Origin: Candidatus Omnitrophota bacterium
GTDB lineage: Bacteria; Omnitrophota; Gorgyraeia; Zapsychrales; Fredricksoniimonadaceae
Assembly (NCBI GenBank): GCA_903944345.1
Contig: CAJARJ010000015.1
Coordinates: 6,433 to 70,432, forward strand
DNA length: 64,000 bases
Reading direction: 5' to 3'
Positions within the stretch are counted from its first letter, which is position 1; every line of letters begins with the position of its first letter. The translations under genes and the position numbers were made by a program. The notes beneath the pieces were generated by a model. That model did no database searches. It was not told the origin of the DNA and was given only the letters and a program-made list of their open reading frames with translations. Positions 40,069 through 50,381 of this stretch are shown here, in pieces.

Positions 40069-40311
40069 AAATCTGTTTCCTGATTTTAACCCGGTTACAT
40101 GCCTTCTTAATCGATATAATTCTATCGATAAAACTTTATTCAAATATACCGCATTGGCTGCGTTTGTCAACTTCTTTTCAAGCCCAAGCTTTGCAGAAAT
40201 GAATCGACAAAATTACCAACGATAGAAGGAACTACCAAGACCGTGGGGAAGGACAAACATATTACCAGCCCCGGGGAAAAGTTTTCCCCGGGGAACTGAC
40301 ATGGCATAACA

Positions 40312-41157
40312 TTATCTGCCGTACATAAGCTGCAGCTGCGCTATTCTAGGAAATTCAGAATAATACTCTCCCTGCGGACCAAGAAATCCCGGTCCTGATT
40401 TACGAATAAGCACCGGAATATACCCATTGCCGTCAGCACCAGGGATATTAACCGTATACGATTCCCCCTGAGGTTCTGACGAAACGGCTTGCGGAGAGGT
40501 TGCCGTCAATCCGACGCCGCTCATTGCTGACTGGTTGGGAACCTGTGCTCCGATAACCCCTCCTGCAGTCGCTCCCAGCACACCACCAATCAAAGCTCCG
40601 CGAGCAGCATCATTTCCCTTACGCTGATACCCGATAATTCCACCGGTAACTGCGCCAAGAATCGTCCCCAGAGTAATGCCTTCGGCTACCTTGGTACGAT
40701 TCTCTGCTACAGAAGAAGAAATGATCTGCGAGCGCTCCGGATAGACCATAACAGGAGCAGCAACCACCTGGAACCCGACCGGAGTATAGATATAATAAGT
40801 CCCGTCGGCCACATAATATGCGACGCCATTAATCCGCACAATCTGATGGTACGGCGGCAAAGCTCTGACCACTGCGCCTAACGGAGCTTCGATAACCATG
40901 TACTCCATGCCCGTTCTTCTGTAATAAATACCATCGCTATAAAAGAAAACCCCTCCACCAAGACCCAACTGATAAACTCTCCCTGATAATCTTGGAAAAC
41001 GATGTCCATAAGGCGGCCGGTGATACCCGCCATGATCGTGCCGCTCGTCACGATCTCTATGCTCACGCCCAGGGCCAGCCCAGGCCGCTGCCGGTAAAGA
41101 ACCAAAAACCAAAGCCAATGTAACAACCGACACAACAACGCGTTTCGGGGACAACAT
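40312..41157 (-). CDS. Secreted glycine-zipper protein
   Basis: Signal peptide, then a His/Arg-rich stretch. C-terminal 'GAVTGGIIGYQ...GALIGGVLGATAGGVIGAQ' is a glycine-zipper (YMGG-like). Confidence 0.5.
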   Translation of the reverse strand: MLSPKRVVVSVVTLALVFGSLPAAAWAGPGREHRDRDERHDHGGYHRPPYGHRFPRLSGRVYQLGLGGGVFFYSDGIYYRRTGMEYMVIEAPLGAVVRALPPYHQIVRINGVAYYVADGTYYIYTPVGFQVVAAPVMVYPERSQIISSSVAENRTKVAEGITLGTILGAVTGGIIGYQRKGNDAARGALIGGVLGATAGGVIGAQVPNQSAMSGVGLTATSPQAVSSEPQGESYTVNIPGADGNGYIPVLIRKSGPGFLGPQGEYYSEFPRIAQLQLMYGR

Positions 41158-41332
41158 ACGTACTCCTTTGTTAGTATAATCACCCCATGCATCAAACCTT
41201 GTCTACTCTCTGCGGGTTTCATTTATTTAGACAAATGAATCTTCCGGAAAGTTACTTTGGCCTCCCAAAATATCCTCATACAGATTTCATCCGCAAAATA
41301 TAGGCCTTGGCAAGATTTTGACAGGAAAACAA

Positions 41333-41692
41333 TTACTTGGAGAGAATCATATGTAGAGAAATACCCAGCAAAAAGATCCCGAAAAGCTTCTTTGCTGATG
41401 GATCAGACAGCTTTTGCGCCAGATCCGCTCCCAACAGCCCGCCAAAAACAAACCCCAGACAAATAAACGCTGCCATAGGCAGATTCACATGTCCATTCTG
41501 ATAATACCGCCAGGCGGCCAGAAAACCAATCGGCGGAACCATAACTGCCAGGGTTGTACCCTGAGCCTGATGCTGGGTCATGCCCAAAAACAGAGTCATC
41601 GCAGGAACAAGGATCAAACCACCACCAATCCCGAAAATGCCGGCAGAAACTCCAGCCACGAAGCCCATGAATATATAAACAAATGTCCCCAT
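41333..41692 (-). CDS. Half-size TSUP (TauE/SafE, DUF81) family membrane protein (4 TM, 119 aa). The ORF-track N-terminal extension was rejected.
   Basis: 'GAGIFGIGGGLILVPAM' and 'GGLLGA' are TSUP motifs. Start at ATG 41692 with an AGGAAGGG Shine-Dalgarno. Confidence 0.6.
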   Translation of the reverse strand: MGTFVYIFMGFVAGVSAGIFGIGGGLILVPAMTLFLGMTQHQAQGTTLAVMVPPIGFLAAWRYYQNGHVNLPMAAFICLGFVFGGLLGADLAQKLSDPSAKKLFGIFLLGISLHMILSK

Positions 41693-41768
41693 ACAAGGCC
41701 CTTCCTGTTTAGTTAAGACTTCTTTGGTCAATACCCCCCTCTGCATTAGCTGAACAAACACGACTAAA

Positions 41769-42428
41769 TCAGGGCTTAACAATACGAACTTTAGCTTCCG
41801 GTGCGAATTTGACACCCGCCCCATACCATGCCTTGCGGATATTCTCACCAGCGCCATACAAAACCCATTGAAAAGCGGGATTGGACAGACTAACAACAGC
41901 TGACATGCTCTCATGCAGAATCACGTCTACAATGTCTGCGGCGTTCCGGTCAGGCAGATGCAGAAAATCTATTTCTGCACTGGCAATTTCGTAGGTCTGC
42001 AGACTCCCATCGCAAAAGCGCAGTGTAAAACGAAAAACTCCCATACTGGTTTCGCCCCCGGCATAAATCTTTTGCGCAATTTCTGCCCGAATGCGAGTGG
42101 GCGACGGATGAATGGCTTTAATGTCTCCAACCCGCAACAGACTACGGCCCGGCCTTAGCATATGTTCAGGCCAAACCATACTGGTACGGGAAGAGGCATA
42201 GTCCAATGCTGAGGCAATATATAACCGATCATGCAAGGTATTATCCTGTAATTCCGCCAGACAGGGATAACATTTTACCCCCCAGGCCTCAACTGCTGGA
42301 ATTTCCAAAAGAGAGGCGCGCAAATGTTCTGGCAGGTCTTCATAATTCTTTTTGCCCGGAACATACTCCTGATAAACCGGATGAGTCAATTGCCGCCAGA
42401 ACGACTTGAAAGATTTAAATACCCGCAT
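41769..42428 (-). CDS. Hypothetical protein (219 aa)
   Basis: ORF with coding-like composition. No recognised motifs. Confidence 0.45.
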   Translation of the reverse strand: MRVFKSFKSFWRQLTHPVYQEYVPGKKNYEDLPEHLRASLLEIPAVEAWGVKCYPCLAELQDNTLHDRLYIASALDYASSRTSMVWPEHMLRPGRSLLRVGDIKAIHPSPTRIRAEIAQKIYAGGETSMGVFRFTLRFCDGSLQTYEIASAEIDFLHLPDRNAADIVDVILHESMSAVVSLSNPAFQWVLYGAGENIRKAWYGAGVKFAPEAKVRIVKP

Positions 42429-42729
42429 AGTCTTTATACTTCCTTTCTTTGCCCCAGATTTTTCTTAACCTTCACGCTGCACGGCCAACAAGTAAACACA
42501 CTGTAAAATTTGCTTAGTATCCATATTTGCGTTCCTAAAATACAGATTGGACATTTAACCTTTAGCCTTATGAATCCATAATCACTTGTTAAACATATAG
42601 TAACAAACAATTTTCTTGTCTTCGAATCTTCAAACTTTCCTTAATTAAATACCAAATCCGGAACAAGTCCAAAACACAGAATATTCCACTATCTGTCCAG
42701 TCTGGACAATCATAACAGTTGACCGTCCA

Positions 42730-44559
42730 TCAAATAAAAGACTCTCCAGATTGATCAAGGGCTCTGGATGGCAACAGCCGTCCCCCGTTGCCCCACTGAT
42801 AATCCGTTTCAAGTAAGAATGCACTTTGAATAAGCGCCAAGTGAGAGTACCCCTGCGGAAAATTCCCGGTCAATCTGCCGGTTTCCGGCTCAACATCTTC
42901 GGATAATAGCCCAAAGCGATTAACACATCCGATCGCCCGGGAAAACATTTCACTGGCCATTTGACGCCGTCCAGTCAGATAAAGAGCGTTAATCAACCAA
43001 AAAGTACAGACTATAAAAGCATTTTTGGGCTGCCCAAACTCGTCTTCTGCGGAATAGCGCATCGCCAGGCCGTTGCGCACCAACCCATTCAAAGCAGCGT
43101 CAACCGTACCCTTGATACGAGAATCCTGTGGATCAAGAAAACCGTAATGAAGCATAAGCAGATTAGAAGCATCCAAATCCCTGGAACCATAATACATAAC
43201 AAAACTGTTCATCTCCGAATTCCATCCATTAAGAAGAATGTCCTGTTTTATTTCTTCGGCTACAGCCAAATACTGGGGCACCAGGCGATCATTACCTATA
43301 AAATCGCTGATCTTGGCCGCACGATCCATGGCGACCCAGCTCATCAACTTGGAATGCACAAAATGCTGTTCCGGTCCTCTGCGCTCCCAGATTCCGCAAT
43401 CAGGCGTCTTCCAGTCAGCAATAACCTTGTTTGCCAAAGAACGAACCGCTGTCCACAACTCCTCGTCAAAATCCCGTTGTGAACGGGAATTAACAACAAA
43501 ATTGGAATAAATCGCCTCAATCAATTCTCCATAAACGTCATTTTGCTTCTGCAAATAAGCGGCATTGCCAATCCGTACCGGACGCGAGCCGCAATAACCC
43601 GATAGATGCCCCAGTTCCTTTTCTGCCAGCTGCCGCTCACCATTAATGCCGTACATAACACAAATATTCTCATGCTTGACCAGCATTCTCTCCAGAATAA
43701 ACTGGATATAGCGCTCGGAAGAATGTATATGCCCCATACGGGCGTAAAGATCGATGATCATACTGGCATCGCGTACCCAGCAATAACGATAATCCCAATT
43801 GCGTTCGCCGCCTATAATCTCGGGTAACGAAGTGGTAGGCGCGGCGATAACCGCTCCGGTGCGCTGAAACATGAGCAGTTTTAGCGTAATAACCGAACGA
43901 ATGATCAGCTCCTTGTGCTGATCGGGAACCCTTGTGCGATAAACCCAATCCATCCAGTAACTTTTGGTCTTTTCATACTCCAGATAAACTTTTTCCTGGT
44001 CAACCCTCGACAGCTTCTCATGATAAGAAAGAAGAAAATACGAAGACTTCTCAAGCATAACAGGCTTGCCGCTTAGCACCGCGGAGAAATCCAGGCTTGA
44101 ATACACATAATAACTGTTGTACTCCCCCTCGGTTGAAGTGATTTTCAGATAATCAGGGTAAATGTGGAAACTGCCCGCTCCAAGTCCGTAATTCGGCGCT
44201 GGTTTTAACTCGACCCTGATGCGGGGAGAGCCTGAAATCACATGAATATTGCGATGAATTTCCGACGGGCAATACACATCCCCTCCCCCTGTCAAAAAGC
44301 GAGGCATATAATCCATCACTTCAAAAACACCATCCTCTGTCTCAAAACGGGTTTTAAGAATAGGCGTATGATAAGCATATTCCTGGCGGATACTCTTGAG
44401 ACCTTCGGCAGAAATCCTGAAGAACCCCGCGCGCTCCTGATCCAGAATCCGACCAAACAAGGAGGGGGAATCAAAAAATGGCAGGCACAGCCAGTCAATT
44501 GAAGCATCCGGACCAATCAGCGCGGCACTTGTACAGTTCCCGATAATCGCATAGTTCAT
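42730..44559 (-). CDS. Glycoside hydrolase family 15 protein (glucoamylase / glucodextranase / trehalase-like)
   Basis: 'MNYAIIGNCTSAALIGPDASIDWLCLPFFDSPSLFGRIL' is a typical GH15 N-terminus. An (alpha/alpha)6 barrel region with 'WERR...' motifs follows. Confidence 0.8.
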   Translation of the reverse strand: MNYAIIGNCTSAALIGPDASIDWLCLPFFDSPSLFGRILDQERAGFFRISAEGLKSIRQEYAYHTPILKTRFETEDGVFEVMDYMPRFLTGGGDVYCPSEIHRNIHVISGSPRIRVELKPAPNYGLGAGSFHIYPDYLKITSTEGEYNSYYVYSSLDFSAVLSGKPVMLEKSSYFLLSYHEKLSRVDQEKVYLEYEKTKSYWMDWVYRTRVPDQHKELIIRSVITLKLLMFQRTGAVIAAPTTSLPEIIGGERNWDYRYCWVRDASMIIDLYARMGHIHSSERYIQFILERMLVKHENICVMYGINGERQLAEKELGHLSGYCGSRPVRIGNAAYLQKQNDVYGELIEAIYSNFVVNSRSQRDFDEELWTAVRSLANKVIADWKTPDCGIWERRGPEQHFVHSKLMSWVAMDRAAKISDFIGNDRLVPQYLAVAEEIKQDILLNGWNSEMNSFVMYYGSRDLDASNLLMLHYGFLDPQDSRIKGTVDAALNGLVRNGLAMRYSAEDEFGQPKNAFIVCTFWLINALYLTGRRQMASEMFSRAIGCVNRFGLLSEDVEPETGRLTGNFPQGYSHLALIQSAFLLETDYQWGNGGRLLPSRALDQSGESFI

Positions 44560-44576
44560 TAAGAACTCCCCCCTTC

Positions 44577-46043
44577 TTACGCCACCCGGTTACAACTTAC
44601 AACAATTGTCTGCAGGGCGGAAAAATCCTCGGAGTTGGCCAAAATCAAAAGCACATCGCCCCCTTCAAGCGCCAACCCTCCGGAAGGAATTACAAAACGA
44701 CCCGCACGGGAAACAAGAACAATCAGGCATTTGTCAGGGACACCCAACTCCCCGATCTTGCGCCCCACCACCACGGAGTTGTAGGGCACAATCAAATCCG
44801 CCAGCTCAGCGTCGATTGAGCTGCTTTTTTCGAACTCGATCGGATAAGCGATACGATTGGGTAAAGGAACATCCAGCCTGAGCATCCTTGACACCAGTGG
44901 AATTGTTGTTCCCTGAACAAAAACCGAAACAACCACAACAAAGAACACTACGTTAAAGATAGTGTCTGCCTGGGGAATCCCCGCCATAAAAGGAAATGTC
45001 GCCAGAATAATGGGGACAGACCCTCTTAGACCAACCCAGGAAAGCATGGCTTTCTTGCGAATATTCATTCGAAAAGGCAAAAGGCAGATAAACACACTTA
45101 ACGGACGAGCCACCAGAATAAGAAGCGCAGTCAACAACAGGCCCGGGCCGATAAAAGGAACAATATGCGAAGGGAACACAAGCATACCCAGAGTGACAAA
45201 CATAACAATCTGCAGCAGCCAGGCCAGACCATCGTGAAACCGCATCACCATCTTTTTCCCGGAGAAATCTGTCTGGCCCAGCATCAACCCGAGCAGATAG
45301 ACCGCCAGGATACCGTTCCCCCGAAGAAGAACAGCAATGGAGAACGTCAAAAGAACAAACGAAATCATCAGAACCGGATACAGTCCCTCATACTCCAGTC
45401 TGAGCTGATTCATGACAAAACGCGCGAACCTGGCCATAAGAAAACCGATCAGCGCCCCCACACCCATATCGAGAAAAAATCCAGGAATCAGTGAAACCAG
45501 ACTGATGTCCTTGACCGTCAACAGACTGATAAACGCTGCCGTCAAGAAAACAGCAACCGGATCATTACTACCTGACTCAAACTCAAGTAAAGGCTTGAGC
45601 GGTTTCTTAAGACTGATGTTGCGGGATCTAAGAACCGAGAACACCGCGGCGGCGTCTGTCGAGGAGACAATCGAACCGAGCAGCAATCCTTCCAGAAGAG
45701 AAAATTTAAGAATATATACTGCAAACCATCCGGTAAGAAGCGCGGTCAAAAGTACTCCGAGAGTAGAAAGCAGGATCCCCGGAAGAAGGACGGGCCGGGT
45801 TTCTTTCCAGTTGGTATCCAGCCCTCCTGAAAAAATAATAAACATGAGTGCAACCATGCCGACAGACTTGGCAATCCTGGCATCATCGAAATAAATCCCG
45901 CCGATGCCTTCCGACCCGGCCAGAACACCAACAGCCAGAAACAAAAGAAGTACAGGAATAGCGAAACGGTCAGAAATCTTGCTGGCCACCACACTGACAA
46001 AAATCAGCGCGGCAATCAAAAACGTAAAAAGCTCGAAAGACAT
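44577..46043 (-). CDS. CPA1-family K+(Na+)/H+ antiporter (NhaP2/CvrA-like) with a C-terminal TrkA-C (RCK_C) domain
   Basis: About 12 TM helices, then 'RAGRFVIPSGGLALEGGDVLLILA', which is TrkA-C-like. Start taken at ATG 46043. Confidence 0.8.
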   Translation of the reverse strand: MSFELFTFLIAALIFVSVVASKISDRFAIPVLLLFLAVGVLAGSEGIGGIYFDDARIAKSVGMVALMFIIFSGGLDTNWKETRPVLLPGILLSTLGVLLTALLTGWFAVYILKFSLLEGLLLGSIVSSTDAAAVFSVLRSRNISLKKPLKPLLEFESGSNDPVAVFLTAAFISLLTVKDISLVSLIPGFFLDMGVGALIGFLMARFARFVMNQLRLEYEGLYPVLMISFVLLTFSIAVLLRGNGILAVYLLGLMLGQTDFSGKKMVMRFHDGLAWLLQIVMFVTLGMLVFPSHIVPFIGPGLLLTALLILVARPLSVFICLLPFRMNIRKKAMLSWVGLRGSVPIILATFPFMAGIPQADTIFNVVFFVVVVSVFVQGTTIPLVSRMLRLDVPLPNRIAYPIEFEKSSSIDAELADLIVPYNSVVVGRKIGELGVPDKCLIVLVSRAGRFVIPSGGLALEGGDVLLILANSEDFSALQTIVVSCNRVA

Positions 46044-46238
46044 CAGATCCGCCCTTTCGACTGCAACCCCTCTTGGCTTATGCATGGTCTACCCGTCCAA
46101 AGCGACCGGACAAGATGCGGCAACCCCGCTGCTTCATTTAAACAGCAACAACAGTAAAGATCAACAACAAAAGTAGCGCTGAGGTCGCAATTAACGGGGA
46201 AGAATGAAGCAGGGGAGAAATTCCCGGGCCTGCAGAAG

Positions 46239-46904
46239 TTAAAGCCTTTCCGGATGATGCTTGACCACCTCGGCCTTGACCATGTAGATCACATCTTCGG
46301 CAATATAGGTAGCATGATCACACACCCGTTCCAGATGGCGAGCAGCCAGAATAAGAGGGACAGCACGAGGAGCAACGGCTCCGTCCTTGACTATATAATC
46401 ATAGATCAGCTCGTTTTGTATGCTATCCTTGAGCTTGTCCGCTTCGGAATCCATCAGGATAACACTTCTGGCCAGAGCGCTGTCTCTGGTAATAAACGAA
46501 TCGATAGCCGTCTTGACCATGCGCTGGGCCACCAGAGCCAGTCTGGGAGTTTCTACCAGAGGCTTCAAAAGAGGTGCGTCCGCAATCTCGAGAACCCGCT
46601 CGGCCACATCCACCGCCAAATCGGCAACCCGTTCCAGTTCCCCGTTAAGCCTCATACCCGTCATAATAAAACGCAAGTCCACGGCCATAGGCTGGTGACG
46701 AGCGACCAGATCAAGGCAAAGCTCGTCGATAACCAACTCCAGATCGTCAATCTGGCTGTCACGCTCGATAACCAAGCGGGCCATAGCCACATCCCGATTC
46801 TTGAGCGCCGTCACTGCCTGGTCGATCAATTCTTCAACCAGCGTGCCCATTTTCAAGATCCCGTCATTAAGATCCTGCAACTCTTCATGAAAATGCTTGC
46901 TCAT
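46239..46904 (-). CDS. phoU: Phosphate signalling complex protein PhoU
   Basis: Two repeated helical PhoU units ('DLELVIDE', 'ERVADLAVDVAER', 'ERVCDHATYIAEDV'). Confidence 0.9.
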   Translation of the reverse strand: MSKHFHEELQDLNDGILKMGTLVEELIDQAVTALKNRDVAMARLVIERDSQIDDLELVIDELCLDLVARHQPMAVDLRFIMTGMRLNGELERVADLAVDVAERVLEIADAPLLKPLVETPRLALVAQRMVKTAIDSFITRDSALARSVILMDSEADKLKDSIQNELIYDYIVKDGAVAPRAVPLILAARHLERVCDHATYIAEDVIYMVKAEVVKHHPERL

Positions 46905-46919
46905 AATCTTCTCCTGGGC

Positions 46920-47681
46920 TTAACCAAAACGTCCGGTAATGTAATCCTCGGTTCTTTTATCGCGCGGAGCCTTGAAAATAATCTCCGTTTGATCAAATTC
47001 GATAAGCTCACCCATCAGAAAAAAGCCAGTGTAATCAGAAACCCGCGCCGCCTGTTGCATATTATGTGTAACAATAACAATTGTATAGTCTTTTTCCAGT
47101 TCCAGAATCAGATCCTCAATCTTTTTTGTAGATATAGGATCAAGACTGGCACAGGGCTCGTCAAACAGAATAACCTCCGGCTCGATGGCCAGGCAACGCG
47201 CAATGCACAAACGCTGTTGCTGTCCGCCGGAAAGGCGCAGGGCACTGTCATGCAGCCGCCCCTTGATCTCCCCCCAAAGCGCCGCTTTCTTTAAAGAATC
47301 CACTACGCGCTCCTCGATGAGCGCTTTGTTACGGACCCCGTTGATCTGCAGGCCATAAGCGATATTCTCGAAAATACTCTTGGGAAAAGGATTCGGTTTC
47401 TGGAAGACCATGCCGACCCGTTTACGCAAATCGACAGCATCAACGTCGGAGCCAACCACATCCTTGCCGTCCAGAAGAATCCGCCCTTCCAGCCGGGCAT
47501 TGGGCACAATCTCATGCATCCGGTTGAGCAAACGAATAAATGTGGATTTTCCGCAACCGGAAGGACCGATAATAGCGGTAACCGCATTGTTGCGGATCTC
47601 CAGATTGATCCCTTTAAGGACATGATGAGCGCCGTAATAAAAATTCACATTCTCAGCCTTCATCCTGATCTTAGTGGCCAT
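46920..47681 (-). CDS. pstB: Phosphate ABC transporter ATP-binding protein
   Basis: 'GPSGCGKST', '[13 protein letters not shown]' and '[12 protein letters not shown]'. Confidence 0.92.
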   Translation of the reverse strand: MATKIRMKAENVNFYYGAHHVLKGINLEIRNNAVTAIIGPSGCGKSTFIRLLNRMHEIVPNARLEGRILLDGKDVVGSDVDAVDLRKRVGMVFQKPNPFPKSIFENIAYGLQINGVRNKALIEERVVDSLKKAALWGEIKGRLHDSALRLSGGQQQRLCIARCLAIEPEVILFDEPCASLDPISTKKIEDLILELEKDYTIVIVTHNMQQAARVSDYTGFFLMGELIEFDQTEIIFKAPRDKRTEDYITGRFG

Positions 47682-48540
47682 GGGAAATGCCTTTCTTTCT
47701 CAAATGATAACGGAGGATCACCGCCGCCAGGTTCATGGCAAAAATCATGACAACCAGTACCAGCGCAGTGCCGTATGCAATCGGCCTAACCAGGGTAATG
47801 TTGTGATGCTGGGTTGACATGATATACAGATGATACGGCAAGGCCATAAACTGGCTCAGGATCGAATTGGGAATATCCGGCAGAAAGAATGCTGCCCCGG
47901 TAAAAAGAATAGGGGCCGTCTCACCCGCCGCACGGGATAACCCGAGAATGGTTCCGGTCAACATGCCCGGCACCGCATACGGCAAAACATTGCTCCAGAT
48001 CGACTGCCATTTGGTGGCGCCCAAAGCCAGCGCACCTTCCCGATACGAACGCGGCACCGTCTTTAAGGCCTCTTCGCTGGCTGTAATCGTCAACGGGAGA
48101 GTCATCAGGCCAAGCGTACATCCTGCCGCCAAAATGGAGGTTCCGAAATGAAGCATCTCCACAAAGAGCGACACCCCAAAAAGCCCGTACACAATAGATG
48201 GGACTCCGGAAAGATTCCGGATCGACATACGAATAAATCGTGTCAAACCGTTGTCCCGGGCATATTCATTAAGATAAATCGCGCACCCCATGCCCAAAGG
48301 AACCGAAAGCAGCGCCGTAATTATGGTTACAAAAAAAGTTCCCACAATCGCCGGGAAAATGCCCCCTTTAGTCATGCCGTCAGCCGGAGGTTGTGTCAAA
48401 AACTCCCAGGAAACAATCCCGATGCCCTTGGTGATAATATCGTAAAAAATAACCACCAGGATCATGCCCACCACAACCATGCACACACGCAAAGACATAA
48501 AACCAAAGAACTCAACAATTCGGGAATACCTGATTTTCAT
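47671..48540 (-). CDS. pstA: Phosphate ABC transporter permease PstA
   Basis: ABC permease with EAA-like loop '[13 protein letters not shown]'. Position in the pst operon. Confidence 0.85.
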   Translation of the reverse strand: MKIRYSRIVEFFGFMSLRVCMVVVGMILVVIFYDIITKGIGIVSWEFLTQPPADGMTKGGIFPAIVGTFFVTIITALLSVPLGMGCAIYLNEYARDNGLTRFIRMSIRNLSGVPSIVYGLFGVSLFVEMLHFGTSILAAGCTLGLMTLPLTITASEEALKTVPRSYREGALALGATKWQSIWSNVLPYAVPGMLTGTILGLSRAAGETAPILFTGAAFFLPDIPNSILSQFMALPYHLYIMSTQHHNITLVRPIAYGTALVLVVMIFAMNLAAVILRYHLRKKGISHGH

Positions 48541-49460
48541 CCCTGCACCTGCGTATGCTTGTGAAAAACGATGTCAGACACCAGATTGATCACAAAAGTA
48601 ATAAGAAACAACAATAAACCCACTGCAAAAAGCATATGAAAATGGGTTGTGTAGTAGGCCACCTCTCCCAACTCGATGGCAATCGTGGAAGTCATCGTCT
48701 TGACTGATCCCAGAAACCCTCTGGGAAATTCGGCGGAATTTCCGGTAGCCATAAGAACCGTCATCGTTTCACCTATAGCCCGCCCCATGCCCAACATACA
48801 AGCCGCCAGAATTCCTGATGCCGCGGCCGGTATCTTGACTTTGATCACCGTCTGCCAGCGGCTGGCGCCAAGCGCCAAAGAAGCTTCCTCATAGGAACGC
48901 GGCACAGCACTTAACGCGTCTTCGGAAAGACTGATAATCGTAGGCAAGGCCATGACCGCCAGCAGCACGGAACCATTAAGAGCGGTCAGCCCGCCATAAG
49001 TTCCGGTCAGACGAGCCAGGACAGGCCCCAACAAAACAATCCCCAGAAAACCAACTACCACTGAAGGAATACCCGCCAGAACCTCGACTGCGGGCTTGGC
49101 AATTTCACGCACACGGGGGCTGGCCACATCTGACAAATACGCCGCAGTACCCACCCCCAAAGGAACCGCCACCACAAGAGAACCAAGAGTCACCATCAAG
49201 GAGCTGGCCAACATCGGCAGAATCCCATAGGTCGGCTGCTCGTAAGCGTCCGGATTCCAAATCGGCGCCGTGAAGAAATGCGCAAAGTTGACCTCCTTGA
49301 ACGCCGGCAGAGCATTTTTGACCAGCAGGATAAAAATCCCCGCCAGGATCACAATAACAATAACCCCATTAATCAAGAAGAAGCTCTCAATGAGCTTCTC
49401 CTTGTTACGCCTGCTGATGAATTTGCCCGACAGCAATTTCTTACAATCCAAACTTGGCAT
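48537..49460 (-). CDS. pstC: Phosphate ABC transporter permease PstC
   Basis: ABC permease with 'LGMGRAIGETMTVLMATGN'. Position in the pst operon. Confidence 0.85.
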   Translation of the reverse strand: MPSLDCKKLLSGKFISRRNKEKLIESFFLINGVIVIVILAGIFILLVKNALPAFKEVNFAHFFTAPIWNPDAYEQPTYGILPMLASSLMVTLGSLVVAVPLGVGTAAYLSDVASPRVREIAKPAVEVLAGIPSVVVGFLGIVLLGPVLARLTGTYGGLTALNGSVLLAVMALPTIISLSEDALSAVPRSYEEASLALGASRWQTVIKVKIPAAASGILAACMLGMGRAIGETMTVLMATGNSAEFPRGFLGSVKTMTSTIAIELGEVAYYTTHFHMLFAVGLLLFLITFVINLVSDIVFHKHTQVQG

Positions 49461-50313
49461 TGGCTTCCTGATATTCTGCTGAGATCGGATAAAAACCTTC
49501 TTCTTCTACAATACGCTGTCCTTCAGGAGAAAGCTCGAAAGAAAGGAAATCTTTGGCTACACCTGTCGGTTTTCCATTCACATACTGATACAACGGCCGG
49601 GCAATCGGATACTCTCCCGCCTCAACCGCCGCTTTATCCAACGGACTGCTGTAACTCCCGCCTTCTTTCATGGCGACATTGATGATCGTCACTCCCGTAG
49701 CATGCTGGGCGTAACCAACACCAATATAACCAATGCCCGATGGATCAGCCTTGACAGCTTCCACAATCTGCGAAGTGCCATTCATCGTTTTCATCTTTGA
49801 GGAATATTCTCCCTTGAGCACCATTTCACGAAAAAAACCGTAAGTGCCCGAATTGGACTGCCGACCATAAAGGTTGATCGGCATATCCGCGCCACCAACC
49901 TCGGACCAATTCTTGATCTCGCCACGATAAATAGCTCCGATCTGACTGACCGTAAGACGGGAAATCAGGTTCTTGTCGTTGACGATCACGCTCAGCCCAT
50001 CAATTGCGATCACGATACGGCTGGGAGAAATTCCGGCAGCAACCGCGCTCTCAATTTCTTTGGGATTAATAGCACGGGACGCATTGGCAATATCACACTT
50101 TTTATTGATCATCGCCGCAATACCCGTTCCGGAGCCGCCACCCGTGACCGAAATCTTGGCCCCGGGATTCTGCTGCATATAAACCTCAGCCTGCTTCTGC
50201 ACCAGATTAATAATTGTATCCGACCCCTTGATCTGTATCATTTCCGCGGATGCGGCCGCAGCTCCGGCCAGCAGACCGCATACAGCCAAACCCAATTTAA
50301 CGCCCTTTATCAT
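49441..50313 (-). CDS. pstS: Phosphate ABC transporter substrate-binding protein
   Basis: Signal peptide. '...ISVTGGGSGTGIAA...' and 'GVGYIGVGYA' are PstS-family PBP motifs. Confidence 0.85.
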   Translation of the reverse strand: MIKGVKLGLAVCGLLAGAAAASAEMIQIKGSDTIINLVQKQAEVYMQQNPGAKISVTGGGSGTGIAAMINKKCDIANASRAINPKEIESAVAAGISPSRIVIAIDGLSVIVNDKNLISRLTVSQIGAIYRGEIKNWSEVGGADMPINLYGRQSNSGTYGFFREMVLKGEYSSKMKTMNGTSQIVEAVKADPSGIGYIGVGYAQHATGVTIINVAMKEGGSYSSPLDKAAVEAGEYPIARPLYQYVNGKPTGVAKDFLSFELSPEGQRIVEEEGFYPISAEYQEANAKFGL

Positions 50314-50381
50314 ACATCCTCCTTGATAGTTTTGGCAACATCTTCACCAGAATTCAACAGGCTGTTAAGCTATCTAACTGC

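Noticed and set aside
39397-40170. Long ORF-track version of rex (257 aa)
   Set aside because: Rex proteins are about 210-225 aa. The internal ATG at 40068 has a proper Shine-Dalgarno and the winged-helix starts right after it.
40069-40311. Canonical Rex operator (TTGTGAA-N4-TTCACAA) upstream of rex
   Set aside because: No TGTGA/TCACA pair is present in this interval. Only the ATCGATA palindrome was found, so a Rex site is not claimed.
41693-41914. N-terminal extension of the TSUP ORF
   Set aside because: It overlaps the 3' end of the neighbouring gene (41769-42428) and has no membrane-protein character. The internal start has a Shine-Dalgarno.
46254-47294. 346-aa plus-strand ORF spanning phoU/pstB on the opposite strand
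   Set aside because: Antisense artefact. PhoU and PstB on the minus strand are clearly real.
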